Positions 20,507-29,855 of a stretch of 64,000 bases of DNA are shown here, one piece after another (positions within the stretch are counted from its first letter, which is position 1; every line of letters starts with the position of its first letter). The notes below the pieces were generated by a model. That model made no database searches and was not told the DNA's origin. It saw only the letters and a list, made by a program, of their open reading frames with translations. Origin of the DNA: Patescibacteria group bacterium (lineage in GTDB: Bacteria > Patescibacteriota > Minisyncoccia > UBA6257 > UBA9933). The stretch lies in the NCBI GenBank assembly GCA_038065955.1, contig JBBTPY010000003.1, forward strand, positions 39,624-103,623, written 5' to 3'. Position numbers and translations under genes: made by a program.

Positions 20507-21911
20507 AAAAACAAAAATTGTTGCCACCATCGGGCCGGTGACGGAAAATAAAAAAACGATAGAAAAAATGATTGAAGCCGGAACAAATGTTTTTCGGTTG
20601 AATTTCAGTCACGGCAATTACGAAGAACATTTAAACAGAATAAAACTGGTAAGGGCGGCGGCCAAGAAATTTGAAAAACCGACGGCGATTTTACAGGACC
20701 TTTGCGGGCCGAAAATAAGAATAGGGGATTTTTATAAAGAAAGCGTCGTTTTGAAAAACGGCCAGACGTTTATTTTAACGACGAAAAAATGCGTTGGCGA
20801 TGAAGGGCGGGCTTTTATTAATTACAAAAATTTGCCGAAAGAAATTGAAAAAGGAGCTAAAATAATGCTCAATGACGGAAAGAACGAATTGGTCGTTGAA
20901 AAAATTGCGGGCGATGAAATTTTTTGCCGTGTTCTTGTCGGCGGAGAAATAAAAGGGAGAAGGGGCGCGAATTTTCCGGGAACTTCCTTAAAAATCAACT
21001 CGCTGACTTCTAAAGACAAAAAAGACATTAAATTCGGCGTTAAATATAAAGTTGATTTTATGGCGATTTCGTTCGTGCGGACGGCGGACGACGTTTTGGA
21101 ATTGAAAGACATATTAAAACGGGCGAAAGCGAACATAAAAATAATCGCGAAAATTGAAACGCAGGAAGCGATTGAAAATATTGACGAAATTATCGCGGCG
21201 GCCGACGGAATTTTGGTGGCGCGCGGCGATTTGGCGGTTGAAGGCCCTCTGGAACACGTGCCGACGCTTCAAAAAATGATTATTAAAAAATCAAACGCCG
21301 CGGGTAAACCGGTGATTACCGCCACCCAGATGCTTGAATCAATGATTAAAAATCCATTGCCGACGAGAGCCGAAGTCAACGACGTGGCTAACGCCATCAT
21401 TGACGGCACGGATGCCGTAATGCTTTCGGAAGAAACGACGCTCGGCGCTTATCCGGTGAAAGCGGTTGAAGTGATGAGCCGCATTGCCCGCCATACGGAA
21501 GAAAAATTGGATTATGAGGAAATTTTGAAACATAACCATCTTTTACCGAAATCAATAAGCGATTCAATAAGTTTCGCCATCGTTAACACCGCCCATAATA
21601 TCGACGCCAAAGGAATCGTGGCGCTGACGGAAACCGGTTTTACCGCCCGCGTTATTTCCCGTTATCGGCCCAAACAGCCAATTTTGGTTTTGACGCCGAA
21701 CGCCAAAACGTTTAATCAGCTGGCCGTCAGTTTCGGCTGTAATCCGTGGATGGTGAAAAAATTCAACAATGTTTCCGAAGTGATTGAGATGGCGAAAAAA
21801 ATGTCGGTGAAGCATAAAATCGCCGAGAAAGGAGATAAAATCGTCATCGCCGCCGGCATTCCTTTTGGTAAAGCCGGCGCCACGAATTTATTGATTGTTC
21901 AAGTAGTGTAA
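20499..21911 (+). CDS. pyk: Pyruvate kinase
   Basis: TKIVATIGP, RLNFSHG, ARGDL, ATQMLESM, DAVMLSEET. Confidence 0.97.
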   Translation: MVKKTKIVATIGPVTENKKTIEKMIEAGTNVFRLNFSHGNYEEHLNRIKLVRAAAKKFEKPTAILQDLCGPKIRIGDFYKESVVLKNGQTFILTTKKCVGDEGRAFINYKNLPKEIEKGAKIMLNDGKNELVVEKIAGDEIFCRVLVGGEIKGRRGANFPGTSLKINSLTSKDKKDIKFGVKYKVDFMAISFVRTADDVLELKDILKRAKANIKIIAKIETQEAIENIDEIIAAADGILVARGDLAVEGPLEHVPTLQKMIIKKSNAAGKPVITATQMLESMIKNPLPTRAEVNDVANAIIDGTDAVMLSEETTLGAYPVKAVEVMSRIARHTEEKLDYEEILKHNHLLPKSISDSISFAIVNTAHNIDAKGIVALTETGFTARVISRYRPKQPILVLTPNAKTFNQLAVSFGCNPWMVKKFNNVSEVIEMAKKMSVKHKIAEKGDKIVIAAGIPFGKAGATNLLIVQVV

Positions 21912-21916
21912 ACGGA

Positions 21917-23425
21917 TTATTTTATAATTACTGTATAACCGTTTTCCGGAATTTGGTTTTTCTGTTCCGGTAAGACGTAATAAATATTTTTCTCTTTTTG
22001 TTTTTCCGGCGTGAATGTGTCAGTGATAAACATCACGGTTTGCGCCGGCATCGGAATGCCTCTCACTAAAACGCCGCCGGTTTCAACAACCACGTATTTC
22101 GGCAATTCTTTCGGCAGAGCGTTCAGTTCGCGGCCGATATCAACGTAATTTTGATTAAAAGCTCCGGCAGTGTGTTCGCCTTTGCCCCACTTAATGAAAT
22201 AAGTATGATAGGCTTCAAATATTAAAAATGTTAAAAATATCGCCGCTGAAACGTTTAAAATTATTAATTTTATCTTGCTATCATTGATAATAGCAAGATT
22301 TTTTATTAAATTATAAATCCAGACGCCGCCGAATCCCGCCAAAATGAATATTGCCGGAGCCATTAAGATGGCGCGCAAGGCGTGTGGCAGGCCTTCATTG
22401 GAAACAACAACGGGTAAAGCGGCCGCTGAAAGCCATGCGAATAAAATTCCGAAAAGTTTTTTCTCGTTGGAATTATTTGTAAAAAATTTAATAATACCCA
22501 AAATGATTCCTGTTAAAAATAATATGCCGACCGGCAATAAAAGTTCCGGCTTGCTCGCGTAATTGTGCCGCCAATTATAATCGCCGCTAAAATTAAACAT
22601 ACCAGCGGTTTTTATAATATTAAGAGTTAAATCTTTAAGAGGAGCAGGGGAGCTGAAAATTGAAACTTGTGCGGTACGTCCCATAAAATCTTTAGGATTT
22701 TCAATGAAATAATAGCTAAGCGGAGCAAAGGCAATTAAAAAAATCGCCGCGGCCCAGATGAAAATTTTAACAAGCGATTTTCGTCGTGATGGATTTTTAA
22801 ACCAATCAATCGCAAAGATAATTAAAATTAAAATCGGTAATCCGCGGAAAGCGATATAAGAATGAAATCCCAGGCCGAAAAATAAACCGGCCAGCATTCC
22901 GGAGCCGAGGGAATAATTTTTATTTAAGGCTCTGAAAAGAAAATAAAGAGCGAATGTTATGAAAAAAGGCGCCATAATTGCCCGAAAACCGATGCGCGAA
23001 AAATTAATGTGCCAAAAACTCACGGCAAGAAAAAAACTGCTCAATAAGGCAATTTTAATTTTCGTATTTTCATATAATTTCGTAATTTCGTAAGAGAATA
23101 ATTCTTTAGTTAAAAGATATATGCTCAAGACCGTTAAAATTCCGAAAATCGCGCTTACTCCGCGGAGCGCCCATGGTTCATTGCCGAAAATATAAATAGA
23201 AAGCGCCTGAATATTTATAAACAGGCCTTCTCGGCCGTTGTTCTCCGGATAGAACCATTTAAAATGCCCGTCTGGCGATAAAGCTTCCAGCGCGTTATTG
23301 CCGTTCATGGCTTCGTCCGGATAAAGTCCTGGCGGCAATTCGGCAATATTGTAGAGTCTTAAAAAAGAGGCTATTATTATAATAATAGTTAGTAGTAGGT
23401 ATTTAACGATCAGTATTTTATTCAT
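21917..23425 (-). CDS. GT-C fold membrane glycosyltransferase (ArnT/PMT-like)
   Basis: LRLYNI..LPPGLYPDEA, WHINFSR, many TMs. Confidence 0.8.
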   Translation of the reverse strand: MNKILIVKYLLLTIIIIIASFLRLYNIAELPPGLYPDEAMNGNNALEALSPDGHFKWFYPENNGREGLFINIQALSIYIFGNEPWALRGVSAIFGILTVLSIYLLTKELFSYEITKLYENTKIKIALLSSFFLAVSFWHINFSRIGFRAIMAPFFITFALYFLFRALNKNYSLGSGMLAGLFFGLGFHSYIAFRGLPILILIIFAIDWFKNPSRRKSLVKIFIWAAAIFLIAFAPLSYYFIENPKDFMGRTAQVSIFSSPAPLKDLTLNIIKTAGMFNFSGDYNWRHNYASKPELLLPVGILFLTGIILGIIKFFTNNSNEKKLFGILFAWLSAAALPVVVSNEGLPHALRAILMAPAIFILAGFGGVWIYNLIKNLAIINDSKIKLIILNVSAAIFLTFLIFEAYHTYFIKWGKGEHTAGAFNQNYVDIGRELNALPKELPKYVVVETGGVLVRGIPMPAQTVMFITDTFTPEKQKEKNIYYVLPEQKNQIPENGYTVIIK

Positions 23426-23444
23426 ATAAATTTATTTTAGCATT

Positions 23445-23870
23445 ATGGAAATAAATCCACAAAATTTTGAACACAGCGCTTTGGAAGCGGATATTGAACG
23501 TTTAAGCAGAGAAATCGCCGAGAAAAAAAATTTACTTGAACATAGAAATTTGTCCGCCAAAGAACTAGTGAAAGAATCGCTTGAGCCGATGTTTAGGCAA
23601 AATATCGGACAGCCGAATGTCGGACAGCCGGTTCAGTCCGTTGTAGTTAATCAACAAACATCTCAAAGCCGGATTTTGCCGGATTATCTTCAGAATGTTT
23701 CGTCTGAAATTAAACTTCGCGTGGAAGAATTAGTTGATTCGCTTTTTCATCAGGGGATTGAAAAAGTTATAAGCCGCGCCCGGCGCGCCAGCCCGTTTAT
23801 TTTGGACGCTTTTCACGACGCTTTGACCGACAAGCTTCACGAAGAACTAAAAAAAAGAAAATTGATATAA
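23445..23870 (+). CDS. Hypothetical protein
   Basis: 141-aa ORF abutting the next gene; LDAFHDAL motif. Confidence 0.65.
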   Translation: MEINPQNFEHSALEADIERLSREIAEKKNLLEHRNLSAKELVKESLEPMFRQNIGQPNVGQPVQSVVVNQQTSQSRILPDYLQNVSSEIKLRVEELVDSLFHQGIEKVISRARRASPFILDAFHDALTDKLHEELKKRKLI

Positions 23871-26255
23871 ATGGAATTTTATTTAATTTTATCAATACCG
23901 CTTACTATTGCCGTCGCCGGCGTTATTTCTTTTTTTATTTTAAAAATTGCGCGCCGCCGGCGCTTGTCAGACGCTCTTAATTTGAAACTTCTTTTAATCC
24001 GTTTGCCGCAAAAAAGCCAAAAAGATTTTTCCGCCGAAGGCGGACCAGCCTCTGACTGGAAAGACGAACTTAATCTTTCGGCTCAATTGTTTGGAATTTT
24101 AGCAAGTTTGAAATCGCCGTTCGGATTTGAAGCCGGAGTTCATCATATTGGCGAAGAAATTCATTTTTACGCGGCCGTGCCGAGAGAATCAATTGAATTT
24201 GTCTGTCGGCAAATAGAAGGTTTATGGAAAGAAGCGCAAGTGGAGCCGGTTGACGATTATAATATCTTTAATCCGGCCGGCAATTCGTCCGGAATTTATT
24301 TGAGGCAAAAATTTTCTTACGCTTTGCCGATAAGGACTTACGCCGAGGCTAACATTGACACTTTCAGCCCTATTTTAAGCGGGCTTTCAAAAATAAGCGA
24401 GGCCGGCGAAGGCGCGGCGATTCAGATATTAGTCAGGCCGGCGCCGGCATCGGCAAAAAAATCCGTTGTGCAAATAATTGAAAATTTAAAAAAAGGCGGC
24501 AAATTGGAAAATGTTTTGAAAGGCGGCGATTTTAAAATCAACTTAAAAGACATTCAAAAAGCCATAAATCCGGAAAAAGAAGAAGAAAAAAAGGAAAAAA
24601 TAATTGACGAGGAAGCGATTAAAGCTTTGGAATCAAAAATTTCCAAGCCGTTATTATCGGCGAATGTCAGGGTTTTCGTTTCGGCTCAGAATCAGCTTCA
24701 GGCGGACGCGATTTTAGAAAGCATTGCCGGCGGTTTTTCGCAGTTTGGCGCGCCGAAAAGGCAGGAATTAAAAATTATCAAGCCGCGCGATATTAAAAAA
24801 CTCGTTTATCAATTTTCTTTTCGCGAGTTTGACGATAATCAGGCGATAATTTTAAACACCGAGGAATTGGCTTCAATATTTCATTTGCCGGCTTTTTCCA
24901 GCGACGTGCCGAAAATAAACTGGCTTAAATCCAAAGAAGCGGCCGCGCCGACCAATTTGCCGAAATCCGGCACGCTTATCGGCAAAACTTCTTTTCGCGG
25001 CCAGAGCCAGCCGGTTTATATTGCCGAAGACGACCGGCGCCGCCATATTTACATTATCGGCCAGACCGGCACCGGCAAAACGACATTAATCGCCAATATG
25101 GCGGTTGAAGACATCAGAAACGGCAAGGGAGTTTCCATTATTGACCCGCACGGCGAATTAATTGAAAAAATATTAGGGCAAATACCAAAAGAACGGATTG
25201 ACGATGTGATTGTTTTTGACCCGGGAGATTTATTAAGGCCGCTTGGGATGAATATGTTGGAGTATGATATTGATAAGCCGGAACAGAAAACTTTTATCGT
25301 TAACGAATTGTTTAATATTCTGGATAAACTTTACGATATGAAGACCGTCGGCGGGCCGATGTTTGAACAATATATGAAAAACGCCATATTGCTTTTAATG
25401 GAAGATATGGCGAATGAGCCCGCGACTTTAATGGAATTACAGAAATTGTTCACGGACAATGATTACCGTAATCGCAAACTTGCCAGAATTAAGAATCCGG
25501 TGGTGATTGATTTTTGGGAAAAAGAAGCGGCCAAAGCCACCGGTGATTGGTCGTTGGCCAATATGGGCCTGTATGTTAATTCAAAATTTAACAATTTCAC
25601 CGCCAATGATTATATGCGGCCGATTATCGGCCAGCCAAAATCCGCTTTTAATTTTCGCCAAGCGATGGATGAGGGAAAAATTTTATTGATTAATTTATCC
25701 AAAGGCAAAATAGGGGACTTAAACGCCAATCTGTTGGGCCTGGTGATTGTCGGGAAAATTTTAATGGCCGCGTTGAGCCGCGTTGATATCATTGATGAAT
25801 ATCGGCGCCGCGATTTCTATCTTTATATCGACGAGTTTCAGAATTTCGCCACGGATTCAATTTCAACTATTTTGTCGGAAGCGAGAAAATATCGCTTGAA
25901 TTTAACTATGGCGCATCAGTTTATCGCCCAATTGACGGAAAAAATCAGAGACGCGGTTTTCGGAAACGTCGGCGCGATTATTTCTTTAAGAGTCGGCGCG
26001 ACGGACGCCGAGTTTTTGGTCAAACAATTTGAACCGGTTTTTAATGAAAATGATTTGATTAATATAGACAATTTTAACGCTTACGCGAAAATTTTGATAA
26101 ACGGTCAGACGGCTAAGCCGTTTAACATAAAAATTATTCCGCCCGAACGAAGCGGCGGGGAATTAGCCGTTCAAATAAAAGAAATTTCCCGCCTTAAATA
26201 CGGCCGCGACCGGCAGGAAGTAGAAGAAGAAATTTTGAAAAGGTTGCGCCAATAG
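23871..26255 (+). CDS. VirD4/TraD/TrwB-like (HerA-FtsK superfamily) coupling ATPase
   Basis: DRRRHIYIIGQTGTGKT Walker A, IIDPHG, LYIDEFQNF Walker B, LSEARKY, AHQFIAQL. Confidence 0.88.
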   Translation: MEFYLILSIPLTIAVAGVISFFILKIARRRRLSDALNLKLLLIRLPQKSQKDFSAEGGPASDWKDELNLSAQLFGILASLKSPFGFEAGVHHIGEEIHFYAAVPRESIEFVCRQIEGLWKEAQVEPVDDYNIFNPAGNSSGIYLRQKFSYALPIRTYAEANIDTFSPILSGLSKISEAGEGAAIQILVRPAPASAKKSVVQIIENLKKGGKLENVLKGGDFKINLKDIQKAINPEKEEEKKEKIIDEEAIKALESKISKPLLSANVRVFVSAQNQLQADAILESIAGGFSQFGAPKRQELKIIKPRDIKKLVYQFSFREFDDNQAIILNTEELASIFHLPAFSSDVPKINWLKSKEAAAPTNLPKSGTLIGKTSFRGQSQPVYIAEDDRRRHIYIIGQTGTGKTTLIANMAVEDIRNGKGVSIIDPHGELIEKILGQIPKERIDDVIVFDPGDLLRPLGMNMLEYDIDKPEQKTFIVNELFNILDKLYDMKTVGGPMFEQYMKNAILLLMEDMANEPATLMELQKLFTDNDYRNRKLARIKNPVVIDFWEKEAAKATGDWSLANMGLYVNSKFNNFTANDYMRPIIGQPKSAFNFRQAMDEGKILLINLSKGKIGDLNANLLGLVIVGKILMAALSRVDIIDEYRRRDFYLYIDEFQNFATDSISTILSEARKYRLNLTMAHQFIAQLTEKIRDAVFGNVGAIISLRVGATDAEFLVKQFEPVFNENDLINIDNFNAYAKILINGQTAKPFNIKIIPPERSGGELAVQIKEISRLKYGRDRQEVEEEILKRLRQ

Positions 26256-26289
26256 CGTTTTCTCATTATTATAATGAAGCCGTTAAAAA

Positions 26290-26365
26290 GCCACCTTAGC
26301 TCAGTTGGCAGAGCAGTGCTTTCGTAAAGCAAAGGTCCCGAGTTCGAATCTCGGAGGTGGCTCCA
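26290..26365 (+). tRNA. tRNA-Thr(CGT)
   Basis: cloverleaf GCCACCT/AGGTGGC, anticodon loop TTCGTAA, T-loop TTCGAAT, encoded CCA. Confidence 0.95.
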
Positions 26366-26569
26366 GTTTTGTATAAAAAGACACGGAAGACCCCAGAGCG
26401 TGGGACGCGCTTCGCGCGTCCCACCAAAAAGTCGGTCTTTTGTCTGAAAGTCTGATTCTGGAGTGTCTTTACGACTTCGCTCGAACTTACTTTATCAAAA
26501 ATTCGTAATGATGGCTAATCGCACGCGCGGAGCGCGTGGTGAAGCGAAACTAAATCGTACGCTCCACAA

Positions 26570-26753
26570 AAGCCCCGCCACACTGCCTGAATACTTGGAA
26601 GGTTGAACCCAAAAAGAAAAATGTTCTTTCCATTTTAGAAAAATCCACCCCCGCGCAAAATCAGAAAAGCAAGGAGTGTTTTCTTTCGGGGTTGCCGAGT
26701 GGAGCGAGGCGGTGGCGGGGCTTTTGTTCATCACGAATTTTTGCTAAAGTAAG
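26570..26753. repeat. ~185-bp structured direct repeat, copy 1
   Basis: aagccccgccacactgc...gtggcggggctt...gctaaagtaag; matches 28960-29144. Confidence 0.9.
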
Positions 26754-26756
26754 GTC

Positions 26757-28682
26757 ATGGAAAAGCATCCGTTACATCTCAAAAATCCCGAATTGCAGAC
26801 CTCTCCCGAAGTAGAGCGGGCGGTTGAACATGAGGAGGAGATATCGGGTGAAAAAGTGCCTAACGACCCAGCCGAGCGCATTGAGGCCTATTTGAAGCGG
26901 CTCGAAAATCTGGTTCTTGATCCCAAGAAAGAGCAGAAAAGGAAAGATATGCGCGATGTAGAACATACTGGGCGTCCTCGCGCACTGTCACTTTTACGCG
27001 AGATGGTGCTAAACGAGTATGTTCGACCAAATAAAGAACAAATGGCGCAATGTGCCGCCCGCATAGAACAACGCGCCGCACGCCAAATGGGCATTCAGGC
27101 GGAATATAATGACGAAACACTTGAACAGCGAGGCGAGATTGCCGTCGGCGATCTCGAAAGCTCGCTTGACCAGTGGATTAACTACCTTTCCGATCCCAAT
27201 GAACCCTATCCGACATGGTTTCGATACTATGCGTTTAGAAATATCCTGAATCTGGGAGAATACGACAAAGATAAACATGAATTCCCAAAGCGGTCAAAAG
27301 GCACATTCAAGCTCTTTCCCGATATTGATCGTGGTGCCTTGGCCTATGTTGAGGAGATTATGACCGCAGCGCAGGACGATGCTGTTCTTGCTCGCGTGCG
27401 CGAATCTCAAAAAGAATTCGGTACCCCAGAAGCTGATATGTGGACACCACAAAAAGCGCGAGCCTTTGTGAGTATGTCTTTCGCAAAACAGTATGCGAAA
27501 GGTATCGAAGCCCAAGGCACAATTACTCCAGAACTCCGTGCGGAAACGCGAGGTGAATGGGCGCAGTATCGCCAAAACGACGACCCAAAAGAACTTTGGA
27601 AATCATTGCAGAATAAAGGCACTGCATGGTGTACGAGAGGATATCCCACAGCGAAAACACAACTTAAGGGCGGAGATTTTTATGTCTATTACACTCTCAA
27701 TGCAATAGGCAAGCCAACTATCCCGCGCATTGCCATTCGGATGGAAGGCCAAAACAAAATTGCCGAGCCGCCACGTGGCGTATTCGACTCACAACAAAAT
27801 CTCGAACCGAACATGATAGATATTCTTGATGAAAAACTGAAAGAATTTGGAGGAGAGGCGGACGCTTATCGCAAGAAGAGCGAGGATATGCGAATGCTCA
27901 CCGCCCTTGAGAAAAAAAGAGAAAATGAGGAACCGTTCACCAAAGACGATCTTATTTTGTTGTACGAAATCAACGGCACCATCGAAGGCTTCGGCTATCA
28001 GAAAGACCCGCGCATCGTTGAACTCCGACAAGGAAGAAATGCCGAGGAAGACATACTCGTCATCTTTGAATGCACGAGAGACGAGATTGCTCACGTGCCG
28101 AGCCAAATAAACGAAAATACAAAGGCCTATGTCGGCCAGCTTGAACCGGGCATATTTCAAAAACTGCCGGAAAATCTTGAGCATGTGTATACGTCATTTC
28201 CCGATAAGAAAATCCGCAGAGAAAATGTCGAGATAGGAGGCAAGTCCGCAGAGCAACTCATCTCCGAAATGGAAGCGGCCGGTATTAACATTTCCAACTA
28301 CGCAAAGTCGATGCTCAAGAATAGAGAGTTCGTGCCGGGTAAAAGTCCGGAGGAAGCCACTCTCATTCGTTTGACCGTCGCCGATCTTGGATTTAAGAGC
28401 AGTGCCACGACCGACCAAATTTATGAGCGTGCTCAAATCCTCGGTTTGGAACTGTGTCCGGCTGATACCGGTCCCAACTATCGTTTGAAGTATCGAAACC
28501 AACCCTTAAATGAATGGATTTATATGGGCATGAAGCAAATCACCGACTCTGACGGCAACCCGCACGTCTTCAAGCTGGCACGCCACGACGACGGTTTGTG
28601 GCTGCACGACCATTGGGCGCTACCCGACAACGAGTGGAATCCGGACAACAAGTTCGTGTTCCGTCTCCGCAAGCCTGCCTGA
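26757..28682 (+). CDS. Hypothetical protein with a DGR-type C-terminal variable region
   Basis: 641 aa; codon usage unlike flanking genes; ends DSDGNPHVFKLARHDDGLWLHDHWALPDNEWNPDNKFVFRLRK. Confidence 0.75.
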   Translation: MEKHPLHLKNPELQTSPEVERAVEHEEEISGEKVPNDPAERIEAYLKRLENLVLDPKKEQKRKDMRDVEHTGRPRALSLLREMVLNEYVRPNKEQMAQCAARIEQRAARQMGIQAEYNDETLEQRGEIAVGDLESSLDQWINYLSDPNEPYPTWFRYYAFRNILNLGEYDKDKHEFPKRSKGTFKLFPDIDRGALAYVEEIMTAAQDDAVLARVRESQKEFGTPEADMWTPQKARAFVSMSFAKQYAKGIEAQGTITPELRAETRGEWAQYRQNDDPKELWKSLQNKGTAWCTRGYPTAKTQLKGGDFYVYYTLNAIGKPTIPRIAIRMEGQNKIAEPPRGVFDSQQNLEPNMIDILDEKLKEFGGEADAYRKKSEDMRMLTALEKKRENEEPFTKDDLILLYEINGTIEGFGYQKDPRIVELRQGRNAEEDILVIFECTRDEIAHVPSQINENTKAYVGQLEPGIFQKLPENLEHVYTSFPDKKIRRENVEIGGKSAEQLISEMEAAGINISNYAKSMLKNREFVPGKSPEEATLIRLTVADLGFKSSATTDQIYERAQILGLELCPADTGPNYRLKYRNQPLNEWIYMGMKQITDSDGNPHVFKLARHDDGLWLHDHWALPDNEWNPDNKFVFRLRKPA

Positions 28683-28959
28683 CGGTAGGCAGGTCTGAAT
28701 CTTAAATCTTTTGTTTCTTTATAATTCTTGACCCTTTGGCTCTTGGACTCTTTGATCCTTTGCATTCGCTTGCGGAGCAAGCTCGTAAAAATTTTTAGTT
28801 TGAGAATCTCTCTTAGACTCAAAATTTCCGCCGAAAAAATCCGAAACAGAAGCCCGCGCGGATTCCTCCCCAGACCCCTCCTCCGCGCGGGAAATTAGCA
28901 GAGGTTTTGCCAAATTCTTTTCTCCAGAAAATAGTTTTGGCAAAACCGAGTCCGCATTG

Positions 28960-29144
28960 AAGCCCCGCCACACTGCCCGAATACTTGGAAGGCAGAACCC
29001 CGAAAGAAAACACCCTTTCCTTTTTCAGAAAAAATCCACCCCCGCGCAAAATCAGAAAAGCAAGGAGTGTTTTCTTTCGGGGTTGCCGAGCGGAGCAAGG
29101 CGGTGGCGGGGCTTTCGTTCATCACGAATTTTTGCTAAAGTAAG
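28960..29144. repeat. ~185-bp structured direct repeat, copy 2
   Basis: near-identical to 26570-26753. Confidence 0.9.
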
Positions 29145-29191
29145 TTCGAGCGAAGTCGTAAAGACACTCCAAAAAGAGCGGGGATAATAAG

Positions 29192-29228
29192 TTGACATTG
29201 TATGTTATGTACGCTATTATGTACATAA
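29192..29228 (+). promoter_or_regulatory. Sigma70 promoter and palindromic operator of the TA operon
   Basis: TTGACA-17-TATTAT; overlapping TTATGTACATAA palindrome with TGTACA core. Confidence 0.7.
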
Positions 29229-29249
29229 AGTATAATGTAATTTAAATCT

Positions 29250-29612
29250 ATGGATACTAAAACAACTTTGCCAATATCGGAGGCGAGAAAAAAAATATTT
29301 AAAATCGCGGAAGACGTGCAAGAACCTAGCCGGCATTACACTTTGACTGAAAAAGGACGTCCTAAAGCCGTAATTATATCCGCGGACGAATTTGAATCCT
29401 GGCAAGAAACTTTGGAGATAATGCGAGAATTTCCGGACCTTAAAAAAGATATTAAAGAAACAGACAGAGCTGTTAAAACCGGCGAATATAAAAAATGGAC
29501 AACATTAGAGGAACTTTTAAGAAAGGAAGGTTTTTTCATTGCCGATAAATCCGCTAAAAAATATGAATTATCAGGTAAAATTAAAACCAAGCGCCGAAAA
29601 GGAATTAAGTAA
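29250..29612 (+). CDS. Phd/YefM family antitoxin
   Basis: LPISEARKK, LTEKGRPKAVIISADEFESWQETLEI. Confidence 0.88.
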   Translation: MDTKTTLPISEARKKIFKIAEDVQEPSRHYTLTEKGRPKAVIISADEFESWQETLEIMREFPDLKKDIKETDRAVKTGEYKKWTTLEELLRKEGFFIADKSAKKYELSGKIKTKRRKGIK

Positions 29613-29817
29613 ATTTTCTCAAAAAGATTATTATAGGATTATGGCGACTTTGACAGGTTTGGCGGTTAATCCTTTTATCGGAAAAAAATTAGAGGGCAAA
29701 TACAAGGGTTATTATTCAATCCGCGTTTGGCCGCATAGAATTATTTATCAAATTTACAAAAAAGAACTTTTAATTTTTATCATTTGCATTGGTCACCGCC
29801 GGGGAGTTTATAAATAA
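29563..29817 (+). CDS. RelE/ParE family toxin
   Basis: YQVKLKPSAEKELSK, GKKLEG, YSIRVWPHRIIY, IGHRRGVY; overlaps the antitoxin. Confidence 0.88.
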   Translation: MNYQVKLKPSAEKELSKFSQKDYYRIMATLTGLAVNPFIGKKLEGKYKGYYSIRVWPHRIIYQIYKKELLIFIICIGHRRGVYK

Positions 29818-29855
29818 AAATGGTTTTTTTGTAAAAGTATGTTATTATACTAATT

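Larger units (their letters stand above)
26459..29171. mobile_element. Cassette bounded by ~53-bp inverted repeats, downstream of tRNA-Thr
   Basis: 26459-26511 vs reverse complement of 29119-29171, 2 mismatches; no transposase inside. Confidence 0.6.

Noticed and set aside
23871-26255. Conjugative element based on the VirD4-like ATPase
   Set aside because: No relaxase, VirB genes or integrase nearby; codon style matches the host, and such ATPases are common chromosomal genes in CPR.
26757-29171. A complete DGR in this window
   Set aside because: I found no reverse transcriptase ORF and no second copy of the variable region; the 185-bp repeats are non-coding and do not differ specifically at adenines.
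26495-29187. Short ORFs 26495-26734, 28719-28973, 28819-29049, 28895-29125 and 28957-29187
   Set aside because: They are translations of the structured repeats; their mutual similarity reflects the DNA repeat, not a protein family.
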